From the NCBI RefSeq assembly GCF_006345805.1, contig NC_043011.1:67530464-67594463 (forward strand): 64,000 nucleotides of DNA. The letters are read 5' to 3'. Position numbers and translations under genes: made by a program. The notes beneath the pieces were generated by a model. That model did not search any database and had not been told where the DNA came from. It saw only the letters and a list, made by a program, of their open reading frames with translations. This DNA is from Octopus sinensis (taxonomy: Eukaryota). Each line of letters starts with the position of its first letter. Positions within the stretch are counted from its first letter, which is position 1. This document shows, in pieces, positions 63,841 to 64,000 of the stretch.

Positions 63841-64000
63841 GAGGCGCGTGGCTTAGTGGTTAGGGTGTCAGCATCATGATCGTAAGATTGTGGTTTCGAT
63901 TCCTGAACCGGGCGATGCGTTGTGTTCTTGAGCAAAAGACTTTATTTCACTTTGCACCATTTCACTCAGCTGGCAAAAATGAGTAACGCTGCGATGATGG
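63841..64000 (+). mobile_element. SINE family C copy (runs off the window)
   Basis: GGCGCGTGGCTTAGTGGTTAGG...GTTTCGATTCC...TTGAGCAAAAGACTTTATTTCAC. Confidence 0.85.

Overview
AT-rich, repeat-saturated animal genomic DNA with one 100-N scaffold gap at 12549-12648. The SINE families and dense (TA)n/(GATA)n/(TATG)n microsatellites suggest an octopus (coleoid cephalopod); this is inferred from pattern recognition, not from a database search. Only one host gene is supported: a minus-strand spliced gene whose first three coding exons (60045-60023, 51584-51475, 46828-46608) join in matching phases. They give a 118-aa N-terminus with a BH4-like helix and a clear BH3 motif (LRTIADELE) in a Bid/Bcl-G/Bfk-like context. 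Its 3' exons could not be resolved and no canonical BH1/BH2 exon was found. The rest is transposon-derived: at least four SINE families; CR1-, RTE-, Tx1(L1)- and R4/Dong-like LINE fragments; mariner/Tc1/pogo remnants and MITEs; non-autonomous Helitrons, including a ~1.74-kb tandem array; and many Penelope-like element (PLE) fragments. The PLE fragments often form fold-backs and carry minimal type I hammerhead ribozyme motifs, several with intact cores. Most ORFs in the supplied track are microsatellite artefacts. Coordinates of degenerate repeats are approximate.
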